From Spirochaetales bacterium Spiro_12 (GTDB lineage: Bacteria; Spirochaetota; Spirochaetia; Treponematales; Rectinemataceae), in assembly GCA_001603165.1 (NCBI GenBank), contig LVBN01000080.1, forward strand, positions 181 to 64,180: 64,000 bases of DNA, in the 5' to 3' direction. The notes beneath the pieces were generated by a model. The model was not told the origin of the DNA and did no database searches. It worked only from the letters and a program-made list of their open reading frames with translations. The translations under genes were made by a program, and so were the position numbers. Positions 39,554 to 48,686 of the stretch are shown piece after piece. Each line of letters starts with the position of its first letter. Within the stretch, counting starts at the first letter, position 1.

Positions 39554-39874
39554 ATGACCCCCATTAATAGCGCTTCCGTATCCAAGGGTTCGGAATGTGA
39601 ATTGGCTACATTGACAGGAATACAGCCATTGCAGGCTTCCGGCTTTGTGCTCAGAACCCCCGTTCATTTCGACGACGAATATGACGATGATTACGACGAT
39701 TTCGACGAGGACGACGACGAGCTGGACGATGAGGATTTCGACGACGAGGATGACGAGTTCGACGACGACGATTTCGACGACGATTTCGACGATGACGACG
39801 AGGATTTCGACGACGAGGACGATGACGAGTTCAGCTACGACGACGATGTGGAGTACGACGATCTGGACGAATAA
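39554..39874 (+). CDS. Hyper-acidic Asp/Glu/Phe-repeat protein of unknown function (106 aa)
   Basis: ATG preceded by GGGAGGA at 7 nt, own promoter, and an intrinsic terminator 20 nt after the stop. The 38-aa non-acidic N-terminus is followed by a 66-residue tail, about 80% Asp/Glu, punctuated by F/Y/L/V. Confidence 0.65.
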   Translation: MTPINSASVSKGSECELATLTGIQPLQASGFVLRTPVHFDDEYDDDYDDFDEDDDELDDEDFDDEDDEFDDDDFDDDFDDDDEDFDDEDDDEFSYDDDVEYDDLDE

Positions 39875-39893
39875 GCCATAGGCTCTTATATAA

Positions 39894-39924
39894 CAAAAGG
39901 CCGTCCCTGGGGCGGCCTTTTATA
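39894..39924. terminator. Bidirectional intrinsic terminator between the acidic-protein gene and rsfS
   Basis: AGGCCG(39898-39903)/CGGCCT(39913-39918) stem, flanked by AAAA upstream and TTTTAT downstream, so it is U-tailed on both strands. Confidence 0.7.
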
Positions 39925-39942
39925 ATGTCCGACGGTTTTCCG

Positions 39943-39965
39943 TACGGAGGGGAAAACCCTCCGTA
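39943..39965. other. Perfect 9-bp hairpin TACGGAGGG-gaaaa-CCCTCCGTA in the convergent intergenic region
   Basis: Seen directly. Only a short T3 follows on the plus strand and there is no U-tail on the minus strand. Function unassigned (RNA stabiliser or secondary terminator). Confidence 0.4.
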
Positions 39966-39988
39966 TTTCACAGGGTATCTAATCACCT

Positions 39989-40381
39989 TCAGGGTTGCGT
40001 GGAGATTCCCGCGGATTCTCCAGCGCTGAGGCTGTAAACCTTTGCCTTGTACCAGAGCTTTTCCAGCTCGTAAAAGTTCCGGGCCTCCCTGCTCATTATG
40101 TGGACTACCACGTCGCCCATGTCCTGGAGGAGCCAGCTCTCGTCGTCGCTGGCCACCGGACGGTTAAGCGAAGAGATTTTCTCCGATTCCAAGTATTCTT
40201 CGACAAAACGCGAAAGGCCTCGCATATGCGTGATCGAACTCGAGCTGCCGAGGACGAAAAAATCCGTCCAACCGGCTATTTCGCGCAGATCCAGCACAAG
40301 CACATCCTGGGCTTTATGCTCGGCGAGAATCGAGGCTATCGCGAAGGCCAGCGATTGACTATTGGACACAGACCCTCCCAT
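39989..40381 (-). CDS. rsfS: Ribosomal silencing factor RsfS (iojap family)
   Basis: Start trimmed to ATG 40381. DVLVLDLREIAGWTDFFVLGSSSSITHMRGL and VVHIMSREARNFYELEKLW match RsfS. Confidence 0.9.
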   Translation of the reverse strand: MGGSVSNSQSLAFAIASILAEHKAQDVLVLDLREIAGWTDFFVLGSSSSITHMRGLSRFVEEYLESEKISSLNRPVASDDESWLLQDMGDVVVHIMSREARNFYELEKLWYKAKVYSLSAGESAGISTQP

Positions 40382-41534
40382 TAAAATCTTTTCCGAGAAT
40401 AATCGTGTAATCAGCCTTGATCGAACCCTTGTATTCCGAGGCGTCCCCGAAATTGCCACATTTTATCACCGCCCCGATGGAACTGAGGGCTTCCTTGTCC
40501 CCGTATCGATCGATAATTCTCGTGGACGCGTACTCGGTTTTATCGGCGTTGCCCACCGCCACCACGTCGTAGCCGAAACTTCCGAAAATCTCGGCGGTAC
40601 GGGCCGCGAGGCCGCGTTCGGTGGTCCCGTTCAATATTTCCACGGTGTAAATCCTCCCGCCGCTTCCCCCGTTGCTCGAAACGCTCATGGCGTTGAGTGT
40701 CTGCTTCAGCATATCCCGGGCCAGTTCGCCATCGTAAAAGGGAAAGAACAGCTTTTCCTCTTCCACCACGCGATACGTGCCGGTAATTCGCTGCATGAGG
40801 ATGGAATCGGCGTCGAGTTTGGCGATTTCCTGAAGCAGGCGCCGCTGAGCCTGGCGGCTGAAATTGCTTTCCAGGGTCCTGGTGAGTATCGCGGCGGTCT
40901 TATTGTTTTCAAGATAGTCGGAACTGTAGGCCAGCCTCTTGATCAGCGCCAGGGTCATCTTCTGCCGGCGGGCGAGAGCGTCGCCTTCGTTCTCCTGCTC
41001 TTCCTTGTAGCGAAGGAACTGAAGAACCTTTTCCCCGTCCAGGGTGACGGCGCCTCCGGGCAAACGCACAGGGGCTTCGCCTTCCTGGATTATCATCGAA
41101 GGGATAAAAAGCTGAAGTCCGTCGAGATAGTCGACAAAATCGCTCAATCCTGTCTCGTCGAAAAGGAGGTAGCCGTTGAGCGGAATATCCAGATAGCGGG
41201 AAACTTCGGTGGTAAAGCTTTTGGGGTTGTTCGCCTTATAGGTGTAGTCGATTCTGTCCATCCGCTTGATGGTGGTCAGAATGACCGCGGTATTGCCGGG
41301 TACGTCCAGAAGGGCAGCCTTTGCCTTGGAGGGATAGAAGGTGAGAAGCTGGGTGGATATCGGCTTTCCTTCTTGTTGGAATATCAGGAGGACGTTGATA
41401 GGTTGATCCGTTCGCAGCTGGGAGCTTAGACTTTCGGAGCGCAGCACTACGACGCCGACCACCAGGGCGACGAGGAACAGCGCGGCGATCAACCAGAGCA
41501 AAATATGACTTTTGTCGAATCGCAGCTTTCTCAT
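40359..41534 (-). CDS. LytR/CpsA/Psr (LCP)-like membrane-anchored protein with C-terminal LytR_C domain
   Basis: N-terminal TM anchor and an LCP-like core beginning PINVLLIFQQEG. C-terminal LytR_C-like block (VEILNGTTERGLAARTAEIFGSFGYDVVAVGNAD). ATGA-coupled to yqeK. Confidence 0.7.
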   Translation of the reverse strand: MRKLRFDKSHILLWLIAALFLVALVVGVVVLRSESLSSQLRTDQPINVLLIFQQEGKPISTQLLTFYPSKAKAALLDVPGNTAVILTTIKRMDRIDYTYKANNPKSFTTEVSRYLDIPLNGYLLFDETGLSDFVDYLDGLQLFIPSMIIQEGEAPVRLPGGAVTLDGEKVLQFLRYKEEQENEGDALARRQKMTLALIKRLAYSSDYLENNKTAAILTRTLESNFSRQAQRRLLQEIAKLDADSILMQRITGTYRVVEEEKLFFPFYDGELARDMLKQTLNAMSVSSNGGSGGRIYTVEILNGTTERGLAARTAEIFGSFGYDVVAVGNADKTEYASTRIIDRYGDKEALSSIGAVIKCGNFGDASEYKGSIKADYTIILGKDFNGRVCVQ

Positions 41535-42160
41535 TCGGAGGCTTTATCCATTGTTAGGGCATTGTATAAATCGATGCTGCTTTGGGCAATACCGTAGCCT
41601 TTAGCGTTCAGCCATTTTATGGAAAGGCCGAGGGCTTTTCGGAGCAGCGTTTCCAGGCTGTCGTCCCGCAATGCTTCGGCCTCCCTGATGCCCGCATACG
41701 CCCTCGTCGGCTCCATCTTGTCGGCGGCAAAAATTATCGCGGATAGTTTATCCATCCCCAGCGCCGCCTGGGAATGAAGACTCACCGCCATGAGGATAGC
41801 TTTATCGTCTATTCCCAGGGATTCGCGCAAATACACGGCCGCGGCGGGACCATGGATAATTTTATCGGCAAAGGCCTTTTCGGATTCCATTGTGGCGACC
41901 ACGGCGGTCACCGCCTCCATCTCCGGATGGAGGGCGGCGCTGCGGGCAAGTTCCCATTGATACCCGATATCCCTGTCCTTCATCAGATCGTGCCCGAGCC
42001 CGGCCACTCTGGCCGCGAAAGAATCCACGGAAAAACGTCGGGCGAGGAATTCCGCTGTTTCGGCTACAAAGCGGCAATGCGCCTGCCTGGAAGGCTTGCA
42101 CAAGTTTTCGAGTTCGGAAAGGAGTCGCTTTTCAATCTCTTCCATAGCCATACAGGGCAT
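41531..42160 (-). CDS. yqeK: HD-domain bis(5'-nucleosyl)-tetraphosphatase YqeK family
   Basis: HD motif AGLGHDLMKD. Position directly after nadD, as in Firmicutes. The start could be M1, M4 or M6 of the ORF. Confidence 0.85.
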   Translation of the reverse strand: MPCMAMEEIEKRLLSELENLCKPSRQAHCRFVAETAEFLARRFSVDSFAARVAGLGHDLMKDRDIGYQWELARSAALHPEMEAVTAVVATMESEKAFADKIIHGPAAAVYLRESLGIDDKAILMAVSLHSQAALGMDKLSAIIFAADKMEPTRAYAGIREAEALRDDSLETLLRKALGLSIKWLNAKGYGIAQSSIDLYNALTMDKASE

Positions 42161-42710
42161 TTTTCTCTATCACTCCGCGGGCGCCTTCGGGTACGAGGTA
42201 GCGCCAGGCTCCCCCTTCTTGTATGAGGGTACGAATTTCCGTCGAGGATATGGGCAGTATTCTATTGTTCAGATAGCGGTGCGGATAGGCAAAGGGCAAT
42301 TTCCGGGGGCTGGTTCTGCGAACGACTATCAGCTCGGCCTCCCTGGAAAGAAGATCGGCCTCCTTCCAAGAGGAAAAGCCGTCCAAAAGGTCGTCGCCTA
42401 TGATTATGCAGGGCTTTTTCTCCACCAATCCCTGAAATTGAAGGATACGCAGGGAATCGATGGTATAGGAAATACCCGAGCGCTCCAGTTCGCAACGGCT
42501 GAGGCCGAAGCGCGGATCGGCGCCGATGCTGGCTTCGACCATGGCGGCGCGCAACTCGGGCCCAGGATCGTCCAGCGCCTTGTGGGGAGGGATGTTGGCC
42601 GGAAGAAAAAGAATTCTATCGCAGCCGGTAGCCAGAAGCACTTCCTCGGCCATGATGAGATGGCCTATGTGGATGGGGTTGAAACTGCCTCCGAACAGCG
42701 CCGTTCTCAC
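42132..42710 (-). CDS. nadD: Nicotinate-nucleotide adenylyltransferase
   Basis: LFGGSFNPIHIGHL (H/T-x-G-H) and ISSTEIR motifs. The GTG start overlaps the obg stop (GTGA). Confidence 0.93.
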   Translation of the reverse strand: MRTALFGGSFNPIHIGHLIMAEEVLLATGCDRILFLPANIPPHKALDDPGPELRAAMVEASIGADPRFGLSRCELERSGISYTIDSLRILQFQGLVEKKPCIIIGDDLLDGFSSWKEADLLSREAELIVVRRTSPRKLPFAYPHRYLNNRILPISSTEIRTLIQEGGAWRYLVPEGARGVIEKNALYGYGRD

Positions 42711-43861
42711 CGCAGCACATCCTCGTCGGAAAGTTCGAAGGGATCGGAGCCGCTCAGGTCTTGATCGTCTTCCTCGAGGGAAGCCTCGATATTTGGCTCG
42801 GAAAGCTCGTTATTTCGGGAATCCGCTTCCGTTTTTTCAAGCTGCCGGAAAATCGCTTCCCTTAGTTCGGGCAGTCCATGGCCGGAAAAAACCGAAATAC
42901 CCAGGACCTCCTCGGAAGGGTGCAGCGAGCGGAACTCCTGGTAACGCTCCATGGCTTCGGGCAAATCCAGCTTCGTGGCGACGAGCATTCTTTTTTTGGA
43001 AGCCAGCCGGGCTGAAAACGCCGAGAGTTCCTCCAGCAGCACAGCATAGGCTTCGCGCCAATTCTCCTCCGAAAGATCGACGAGAAAGACGAGAAAGGAG
43101 GTTCGGGCGATGTGTTTTAAAAACCGTATACCCAAGCCCACGCCTTCGTGAGCGCCCTCGATGATTCCGGGAATGTCGGCCAGGATAATATCCCGCTCGT
43201 GGATCGTAAGAACCCCCAGATTGGGTATCTTGGTAGTGAAAGGATAGCAGGCGATTTTGGGCCTGGCGTTGGTGAAGGCGTCCAGAAGGCTCGACTTGCC
43301 TGCGTTGGGAAAACCCACAAGGCCGACGTCGGCGATGAGGCTGAGTTCTACCCGCAGTCTGCGTTCCTCTCCCGCCTGCCCAGGCATGGCGAACCGGGGC
43401 GCCTGGTTGACCGAGGTCTTGAAATGGCTGTTTCCCCAGCCGCCTTTTCCGCCCTTGAGGAACAGCCATTGTTCCCCATCCCGGCCCGCCGAGTCCTGCG
43501 AATGCGCCGAGACTTTCCCGGGTCTGGAAAGACTGAAATCCCGCAGGACTTCCCCTGTCTCGGCGTCTTTGACGATAGTGCCGGGAGGAATCGGAATCAC
43601 AACATCCTCTCCGTCCTTGCCATGCATATTCCGACCCATGCCGGGCAGTCCGTTCTGGGCCTTGAAGGTCTGGCGGTAGCGCAGGTAGGAGAGGGTTCGC
43701 ACATTATGCTTCACCACGAAAACGACATTTCCGCCCTTTCCGCCGTCGCCGCCCGCGGGACCGCCCATGGGAACGTATTTTTCCCGTCGAAAGGCTATAC
43801 AGCCATCGCCGCCCGAGCCAGAAGCGACGGTGATGGTCGCTTCATCGGCAAACTTGATCAC
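42707..43861 (-). CDS. obgE: GTPase Obg/CgtA
   Basis: Obg fold N-terminus KFADEATITVASGSGGDGCIAFRREKY. G1 GFPNAGKSSLL, G3 DIPG. Acidic C-terminal tail. GTG start with GGAG SD. Confidence 0.96.
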   Translation of the reverse strand: MIKFADEATITVASGSGGDGCIAFRREKYVPMGGPAGGDGGKGGNVVFVVKHNVRTLSYLRYRQTFKAQNGLPGMGRNMHGKDGEDVVIPIPPGTIVKDAETGEVLRDFSLSRPGKVSAHSQDSAGRDGEQWLFLKGGKGGWGNSHFKTSVNQAPRFAMPGQAGEERRLRVELSLIADVGLVGFPNAGKSSLLDAFTNARPKIACYPFTTKIPNLGVLTIHERDIILADIPGIIEGAHEGVGLGIRFLKHIARTSFLVFLVDLSEENWREAYAVLLEELSAFSARLASKKRMLVATKLDLPEAMERYQEFRSLHPSEEVLGISVFSGHGLPELREAIFRQLEKTEADSRNNELSEPNIEASLEEDDQDLSGSDPFELSDEDVLR

Positions 43862-43924
43862 CTGGTTTTCTCCATAAGTAAGCAGCTAAAAAATAACAGT
43901 CCCGCCCCTTCCAGGCAAGACATG

Positions 43925-43952
43925 AAAAAAGCCGCTCTGTTTTCGAGCGGCT
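43925..43952 (-). terminator. Rho-independent terminator between rpmA and obg
   Basis: Minus strand AGCCGCTC-gaaaaca-GAGCGGCT followed by TTTTTTCATG. Confidence 0.7.
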
Positions 43953-43994
43953 TTGTGGGTCGTACTCTTTAGGTCAGTCTGCTAAGGCTGGACC

Positions 43995-44246
43995 TCAGGC
44001 TTGTTCCGCCGGAAAGGGCTCGACCTGGGCATATTTCTTGCCCCGGACTTCCTTGAAGGAAACCACTCCGTCGACAAGGGCGTAGAGAGTGTCGTCCTTG
44101 CCGATTCCCACGTTTTCGCCGGGATTTATTTTTGATCCCCGCTGCCTGACGATGATAGATCCGGCGCTTACCGCTTCGTTCGCGTATTTTTTTACCCCCA
44201 GGTATTGGGGTTGTGAATCTCGACCATTGACGCCTTTATGCGGCAT
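43995..44246 (-). CDS. rpmA: 50S ribosomal protein L27
   Basis: [40 protein letters not shown] matches L27. No N-terminal propeptide. Confidence 0.97.
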   Translation of the reverse strand: MPHKGVNGRDSQPQYLGVKKYANEAVSAGSIIVRQRGSKINPGENVGIGKDDTLYALVDGVVSFKEVRGKKYAQVEPFPAEQA

Positions 44247-44271
44247 TGTATTCCTCCCTTGGCTGTACGGC

Positions 44272-44586
44272 TTAGGCGCCGACGATTTCCTGGACGGTGA
44301 CGAGGGTATAGCGCTGCCTATGTCCCTGGGTTCGTCTATAATCTTTCTTGGGTTTGTACTTGAACACGATCACCTTATCCGCCTTGAGCTCCGCGTCCAC
44401 CGTCGCCGTGACGTTGGCGCCCTGCACATAGGGAGAGCCCACTTTTACGCCGGATTCGTCCGAAAGCAGCAGTACTTTGTCGAAGGAAAGGCTGGCGCCG
44501 GCTTCCTTTTCGATCCTGTCCACCCTGAGCTTGGCGCCCTTTTCGGCCCGATATTGTTTTCCGTTGATTTCCACAATTGCATACAT
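44272..44586 (-). CDS. rplU: 50S ribosomal protein L21
   Basis: Start trimmed to ATG 44586 (GAGGAAG SD; [17 protein letters not shown]). Confidence 0.96.
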   Translation of the reverse strand: MYAIVEINGKQYRAEKGAKLRVDRIEKEAGASLSFDKVLLLSDESGVKVGSPYVQGANVTATVDAELKADKVIVFKYKPKKDYRRTQGHRQRYTLVTVQEIVGA

Positions 44587-44623
44587 CTTTGCTTCCTCGT
44601 CAATTAACCATACGTAGCGCGTT

Positions 44624-44653
44624 TTTATACACCGATACAAGAGAGACTGTCAA
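44624..44653 (-). promoter_or_regulatory. Candidate sigma70-type promoter of rplU-rpmA
   Basis: Minus strand TTGACA(44653-44648)-18 nt-TATAAA(44629-44624). About 35-nt leader. Confidence 0.5.
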
Positions 44654-44676
44654 CCGGTACCCGCTATCGGAGCCTA

Positions 44677-46458
44677 TTACATTACTTCCAGGAATGGGAT
44701 GCAGAGCAGGCTGCAGACCTGTTCCAGGGTCGATTTTACGGCCTTTACGAGGTCGAGGCGTCCTTGGGAAAGCTCCGGATCGGGATTGGAGAGCACCGGA
44801 TTATCCCTATACCAGCCGGAAAAGCTTGAGGCAAGTTCGTGGGCGTAGGCGGCCATGATCGAAGGTTCTTTTACCCGCGCGGCGGCTTCCAGGGCGCTGG
44901 AATAGGAGGCCAGGCAACGCAGTAACGGCCAGTCCGATTCGTTGTTCAGCACCGCGGCACCCGCCGGGGAGACCCCGCCGGTTTCCCTTCGCCCCGCCAA
45001 TTCGCCCTCCCCGCCTTTTCTCAGTATGGAACAGGCCCGGGCTCCCATGTATTGGATATAGGGGCCGGTATTCCCGGTAAAGGACAGGGATTGCTCGGGA
45101 TCGTAGAGCATGTCCTTCGTGGGTGAGGTTTGCAGCAGGTAATAATGAAGAGCGCCCAAAGCCACCTTTTCGGCCACCGCCGCGGGGTCGCCGACCAAGG
45201 CGTCCCTGCCCTTGGCCTCGATTTCCTTCTGGGCCAACACGGTCAACTCGTCGATAAGATCGTCGGCGTCGACCACCGTACCCTCCCTGGTCTTCATTCG
45301 GCCCGAAGGCAGGTTGACAAGGCCATAGGCCAGATGGAAAAGGTTTTTGGACCAGGAATAGCCCAAGCGGCGGAGTATCTCGAAAAGAGCCCTGAAATGG
45401 TAATGTTGTTCGCTGGCGACCACATAGACAAGTTCGTCGAAGGGCCAGTCTTTGCTCCTCTGAATCGCCGTGCCGATGTCTTGGGTAATGTAAATACTCG
45501 TGCCATCCCTGCGGAGCAGCACCTTTCTATCCAGCCCCACATCTTCCAGGTCGGCCCATACCGAGCCGTCCCCGTCCCGGTAAAAGACTCCCCGGGAAAG
45601 ACCTTCGAGCACTTCCTGCTTGCCCTTGGTATAGGTGAGGCTTTCGAAATAATAGTCGTCGAAACCAACGCCTTGGCGCGCATAGGTGGTCTTGATGCCT
45701 TCCACCGCCCATTGGTTCATTTTTTTCCAGAGGGCCAGGGTTTCGGCATCCCCCGATTCCCAGAGCCTGAGCAGTTCCTGGGCCTTTTCCTCGGCCCCGG
45801 GATCTTCCTTTTTGAGCTGATTGAAGAGCACGTAATACTTGCCGACGAAATGGTCGCTCTTGAGACCTTCATCCTCGGGGCTGCGCCCCCCGCCGTAGAC
45901 CTGATAGGCGAGCATGGATTTGCAGATATGGATTCCCCGGTCGTTGATGAGGTTGACCTTTCGAACCTGGGCGCCGGCGGCCTTGAGGATTCTGGACAGG
46001 GATTCGCCCAACACATTGTTGCGGAGATGTCCCAGGTGGAGCGGCTTGTTGGTGTTGGGGCAGGAGAATTCCACCATGACCTTCCTGCCGTTGAAAGGCA
46101 GATAGGTATTCCAGTCGCTTCTCGTCCCCCGGGCGAGGACCTCGCCTATGATGGAAAGCCTGTCGAGAAATATGTTGAGATAGGGGCCGACGGCTTTCGG
46201 CCTTCCGTACCGCAGGAGGGTCTCCCCTTTCGCGGCGAGCAGGCTCTCCATTTCGCCGGCGATGGCGGCCGGGCTTTTTTTAAACAGCTTCGCATAGCTG
46301 AACATGGGAAAGCCGATATCGCCCAGCTCGGGCTTGGGGGGGTATTCGGCCACCAGGGCTTCCATGTCGCCGACACCCGATTCCAGTCCCATTGAAGTCG
46401 CAAGGTTTGCGAGGGCCTTATAGGTCGCTTCTTTCCAAAGTCGTTTGATATCTGTCAT
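44677..46458 (-). CDS. argS: Arginine--tRNA ligase
   Basis: Class I HIGH-type motif NTNKPLHLGHLRN. Anticodon-binding C-terminus ending CIPFLEVM. 593 aa. Confidence 0.96.
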   Translation of the reverse strand: MTDIKRLWKEATYKALANLATSMGLESGVGDMEALVAEYPPKPELGDIGFPMFSYAKLFKKSPAAIAGEMESLLAAKGETLLRYGRPKAVGPYLNIFLDRLSIIGEVLARGTRSDWNTYLPFNGRKVMVEFSCPNTNKPLHLGHLRNNVLGESLSRILKAAGAQVRKVNLINDRGIHICKSMLAYQVYGGGRSPEDEGLKSDHFVGKYYVLFNQLKKEDPGAEEKAQELLRLWESGDAETLALWKKMNQWAVEGIKTTYARQGVGFDDYYFESLTYTKGKQEVLEGLSRGVFYRDGDGSVWADLEDVGLDRKVLLRRDGTSIYITQDIGTAIQRSKDWPFDELVYVVASEQHYHFRALFEILRRLGYSWSKNLFHLAYGLVNLPSGRMKTREGTVVDADDLIDELTVLAQKEIEAKGRDALVGDPAAVAEKVALGALHYYLLQTSPTKDMLYDPEQSLSFTGNTGPYIQYMGARACSILRKGGEGELAGRRETGGVSPAGAAVLNNESDWPLLRCLASYSSALEAAARVKEPSIMAAYAHELASSFSGWYRDNPVLSNPDPELSQGRLDLVKAVKSTLEQVCSLLCIPFLEVM

Positions 46459-46520
46459 GATTGAACGAACCTTTCCTTGACAATCGCTGTGGGGATACTA
46501 CCCCGCAATCCACCGGACCT

Positions 46521-48512
46521 TCAAGCTCCCGGGCTTTCGAGGGCTTGTCGCAACAGGGCGAGAAAAGCCTCCTCGTCTATGATTTTCACCCCGAGGCTCC
46601 TCGCTTTCGTGTTTTTCGCCGAACCCGACGCCGGTTCGTTGGTGACCAGAAAATCCAGGTCCTTGGTTACCGAGCTTTTGGCGCTTCCACCCAGATCGCG
46701 CACCCGTTTTTCCGCTTCCTGGCGTTTCATCCCGGACAGTTCGCCGGTAAAGCAAAAACTCTTTCCCCTTACTGGGCCGCCTCCCCCGGCCGGGCGCGGA
46801 GCCGGGGCCCTTATGCGTATGGCGCCGCTGTCCGCCAGGGCTTTCATCTGGCCCTCCACGGCTCGCAGGGAGTTCCAGATGCTTTCGGCCATTATTTCGG
46901 CGATGCCGGGGATCCGCGCGAGGGCGACCTTGTCCACGGCCAGCAGGGCGTCAAGGCTGTCATACCCCGCGTTCACGATTTTGTCCGCGACCAGCAGCCC
47001 CACGCCTTCCAGATCGAAGCCGGCGATAAATTCCTGAAGACTTACTTCCCGGGCGGCATGGAGGTTTTTCAGCACCTTCTGGGCCGATATCCTGCCCATT
47101 CTCTCGATGCCTTCCAGCTCGTCCAGCCCGAGCGAATAGAGATCGGGAATCGTTTTTATCTTTCCGGAATCGTGGAGCCTCGCTATGAGAGCGGGACCGA
47201 ACTCGCGGATATCCAGGACTCCCAACCATTTCTCCAACCGGTGCAGTTCTTTTTTGGGGCAAAGCTCGTTGGGGCAATACAGCCTCGTGTCCTCGTCCAC
47301 CAGCCTGCTTCCGCAGGTTTCGCAGGTCTCCGGCAAAGGGATTTCTTTCGCATCGGAGGGGTTTTCCACCAAGGCTTCTATTTTGGGTATTATTTCCCCC
47401 CGTTTTGTCACGACCACCCTGGAACCTATTTTCAGTCCCATCTTCCGTATCATGCCGGGATTGTTCAGGTTGGCTCTTTGCACCGTGGTGCCAGCCAGCC
47501 TTACCGGTTCCACGATGCCTATGGGAGTGTAGGAGGCCCCTGTTTCGCTCCATTCCACGGCTATAAGCCCGGTTACCGCCTCCTCGGGATTGAATTTGAA
47601 GGCGATTTGCTTTTCGGGGCGCGTTTTTGCCGCATCCTCGACATCTATGGTTCTGTCCTTGACCACCAGGCCATCGATATCGAACTCAAGATTCGGCCGC
47701 AGTGCCATCACCTTCGCCCTGTAGTCGATCACTGCCTCGATGCTGTCGAAGAGTTCGGTATGGACCGTGAAAAATCCCATCTTTGAGAGCCAGCCTATCT
47801 TCTCCATCTCATCGCCGAAGGGAGAAACCGGGCTTCGGCTGCCTGCTTTACCGGAGGACATCGAAAAGAGTTCGCCGGAAGCGGGCAGGCTGCCAAGGGC
47901 ATCGTAGCAGACAACGACGAGATCCTCGCTTCCAAGGCCGTCTTTTCGTTTCATGAGGCCATTGGCGGCGTTCCTGCAGTTAGCCTTGTCGGAGTACTTT
48001 TGCGCGTGCGTTTCCTTGGACATGAGTACCTCGCCCCTGACGGCGCCGGAAAACGCTTCCGGAAGCCTCAAGGGGATGCCTCTCATGCGGCGGGCATTTG
48101 GACCGATATCGTCGCCGATAGTCCCGTCGCCCCTTGTTACCGCCCGCAGGAACAATCCCTCCTGGTATTGCAGCTCGATGCTCGCTCCATCCAGCTTGTA
48201 CTGAACAACGTAAGCCGAAAGATTCACCTTTTCCGCCCAGGTCTTGAAGCTCGCAGGATCGCTGGCTTTGGACTGACTCCCCATGGGCATGACGTGCCTG
48301 GCCTTGGGCCAGCCGTCGGCGAGATCCTCGCCCACCCGTCCCAGCAAGGGATTGTCGGGATCCAGATCCTCAAGCTCCGCCCAGAGGGCGTCAAACTCCT
48401 CGTCACTCAAGACCGGCTGCTTGTTGTAATAGAGATTCTGGTGAATTTTAATAGCCTTTTCCAGGGATTTTATTCTCTCGGCGGTGTTGTCCTCGGCGGG
48501 TTTCTGGGCCAT
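46521..48512 (-). CDS. ligA: NAD-dependent DNA ligase LigA
   Basis: Adenylation motif KLDGASIEL, zinc finger CETCGSRLV..YCPNELCP, HhH repeats, C-terminal BRCT (GKSFCFTGELS). ATG 48512 is preferred over ORF-track TTG 48629. Confidence 0.95.
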   Translation of the reverse strand: MAQKPAEDNTAERIKSLEKAIKIHQNLYYNKQPVLSDEEFDALWAELEDLDPDNPLLGRVGEDLADGWPKARHVMPMGSQSKASDPASFKTWAEKVNLSAYVVQYKLDGASIELQYQEGLFLRAVTRGDGTIGDDIGPNARRMRGIPLRLPEAFSGAVRGEVLMSKETHAQKYSDKANCRNAANGLMKRKDGLGSEDLVVVCYDALGSLPASGELFSMSSGKAGSRSPVSPFGDEMEKIGWLSKMGFFTVHTELFDSIEAVIDYRAKVMALRPNLEFDIDGLVVKDRTIDVEDAAKTRPEKQIAFKFNPEEAVTGLIAVEWSETGASYTPIGIVEPVRLAGTTVQRANLNNPGMIRKMGLKIGSRVVVTKRGEIIPKIEALVENPSDAKEIPLPETCETCGSRLVDEDTRLYCPNELCPKKELHRLEKWLGVLDIREFGPALIARLHDSGKIKTIPDLYSLGLDELEGIERMGRISAQKVLKNLHAAREVSLQEFIAGFDLEGVGLLVADKIVNAGYDSLDALLAVDKVALARIPGIAEIMAESIWNSLRAVEGQMKALADSGAIRIRAPAPRPAGGGGPVRGKSFCFTGELSGMKRQEAEKRVRDLGGSAKSSVTKDLDFLVTNEPASGSAKNTKARSLGVKIIDEEAFLALLRQALESPGA

Positions 48513-48518
48513 GAAGTG

Positions 48519-48547
48519 ATAATAGTAACTCCAAAGCGACCTGTCGA
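48519..48547 (-). promoter_or_regulatory. Candidate leaderless-type promoter of ligA
   Basis: Minus strand TCGACA(48547-48542)-17 nt-TATTAT(48524-48519)-cacttc-ATG(48512). No SD. Confidence 0.45.
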
Positions 48548-48686
48548 TAGTGTCGCGAAGCTTGCTGAAGCGGGAATCCCGAATACCCGAAACAGCTTTT
48601 CCCGTTACGATCCCTCCCTCGGTTGCCAAAGGGCTTCCCAGGTTTTACAATATGACTTCATTCAAGAATACCCAGGCGGGCTACAG

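Noticed and set aside
39645-39881. 78-aa Thr/Ser/Met-rich ORF in an alternative frame of the acidic-repeat region.
   Set aside because: It is a frame-shifted reading of the same GAY repeat. It lacks SD and promoter logic, whereas the Asp/Glu frame has SD, ATG and terminator.
48513-48629. TTG-initiated 39-codon extension of ligA.
   Set aside because: The conserved LigA N-terminus starts at ATG 48512, and the extension would cover the predicted -35/-10 boxes.
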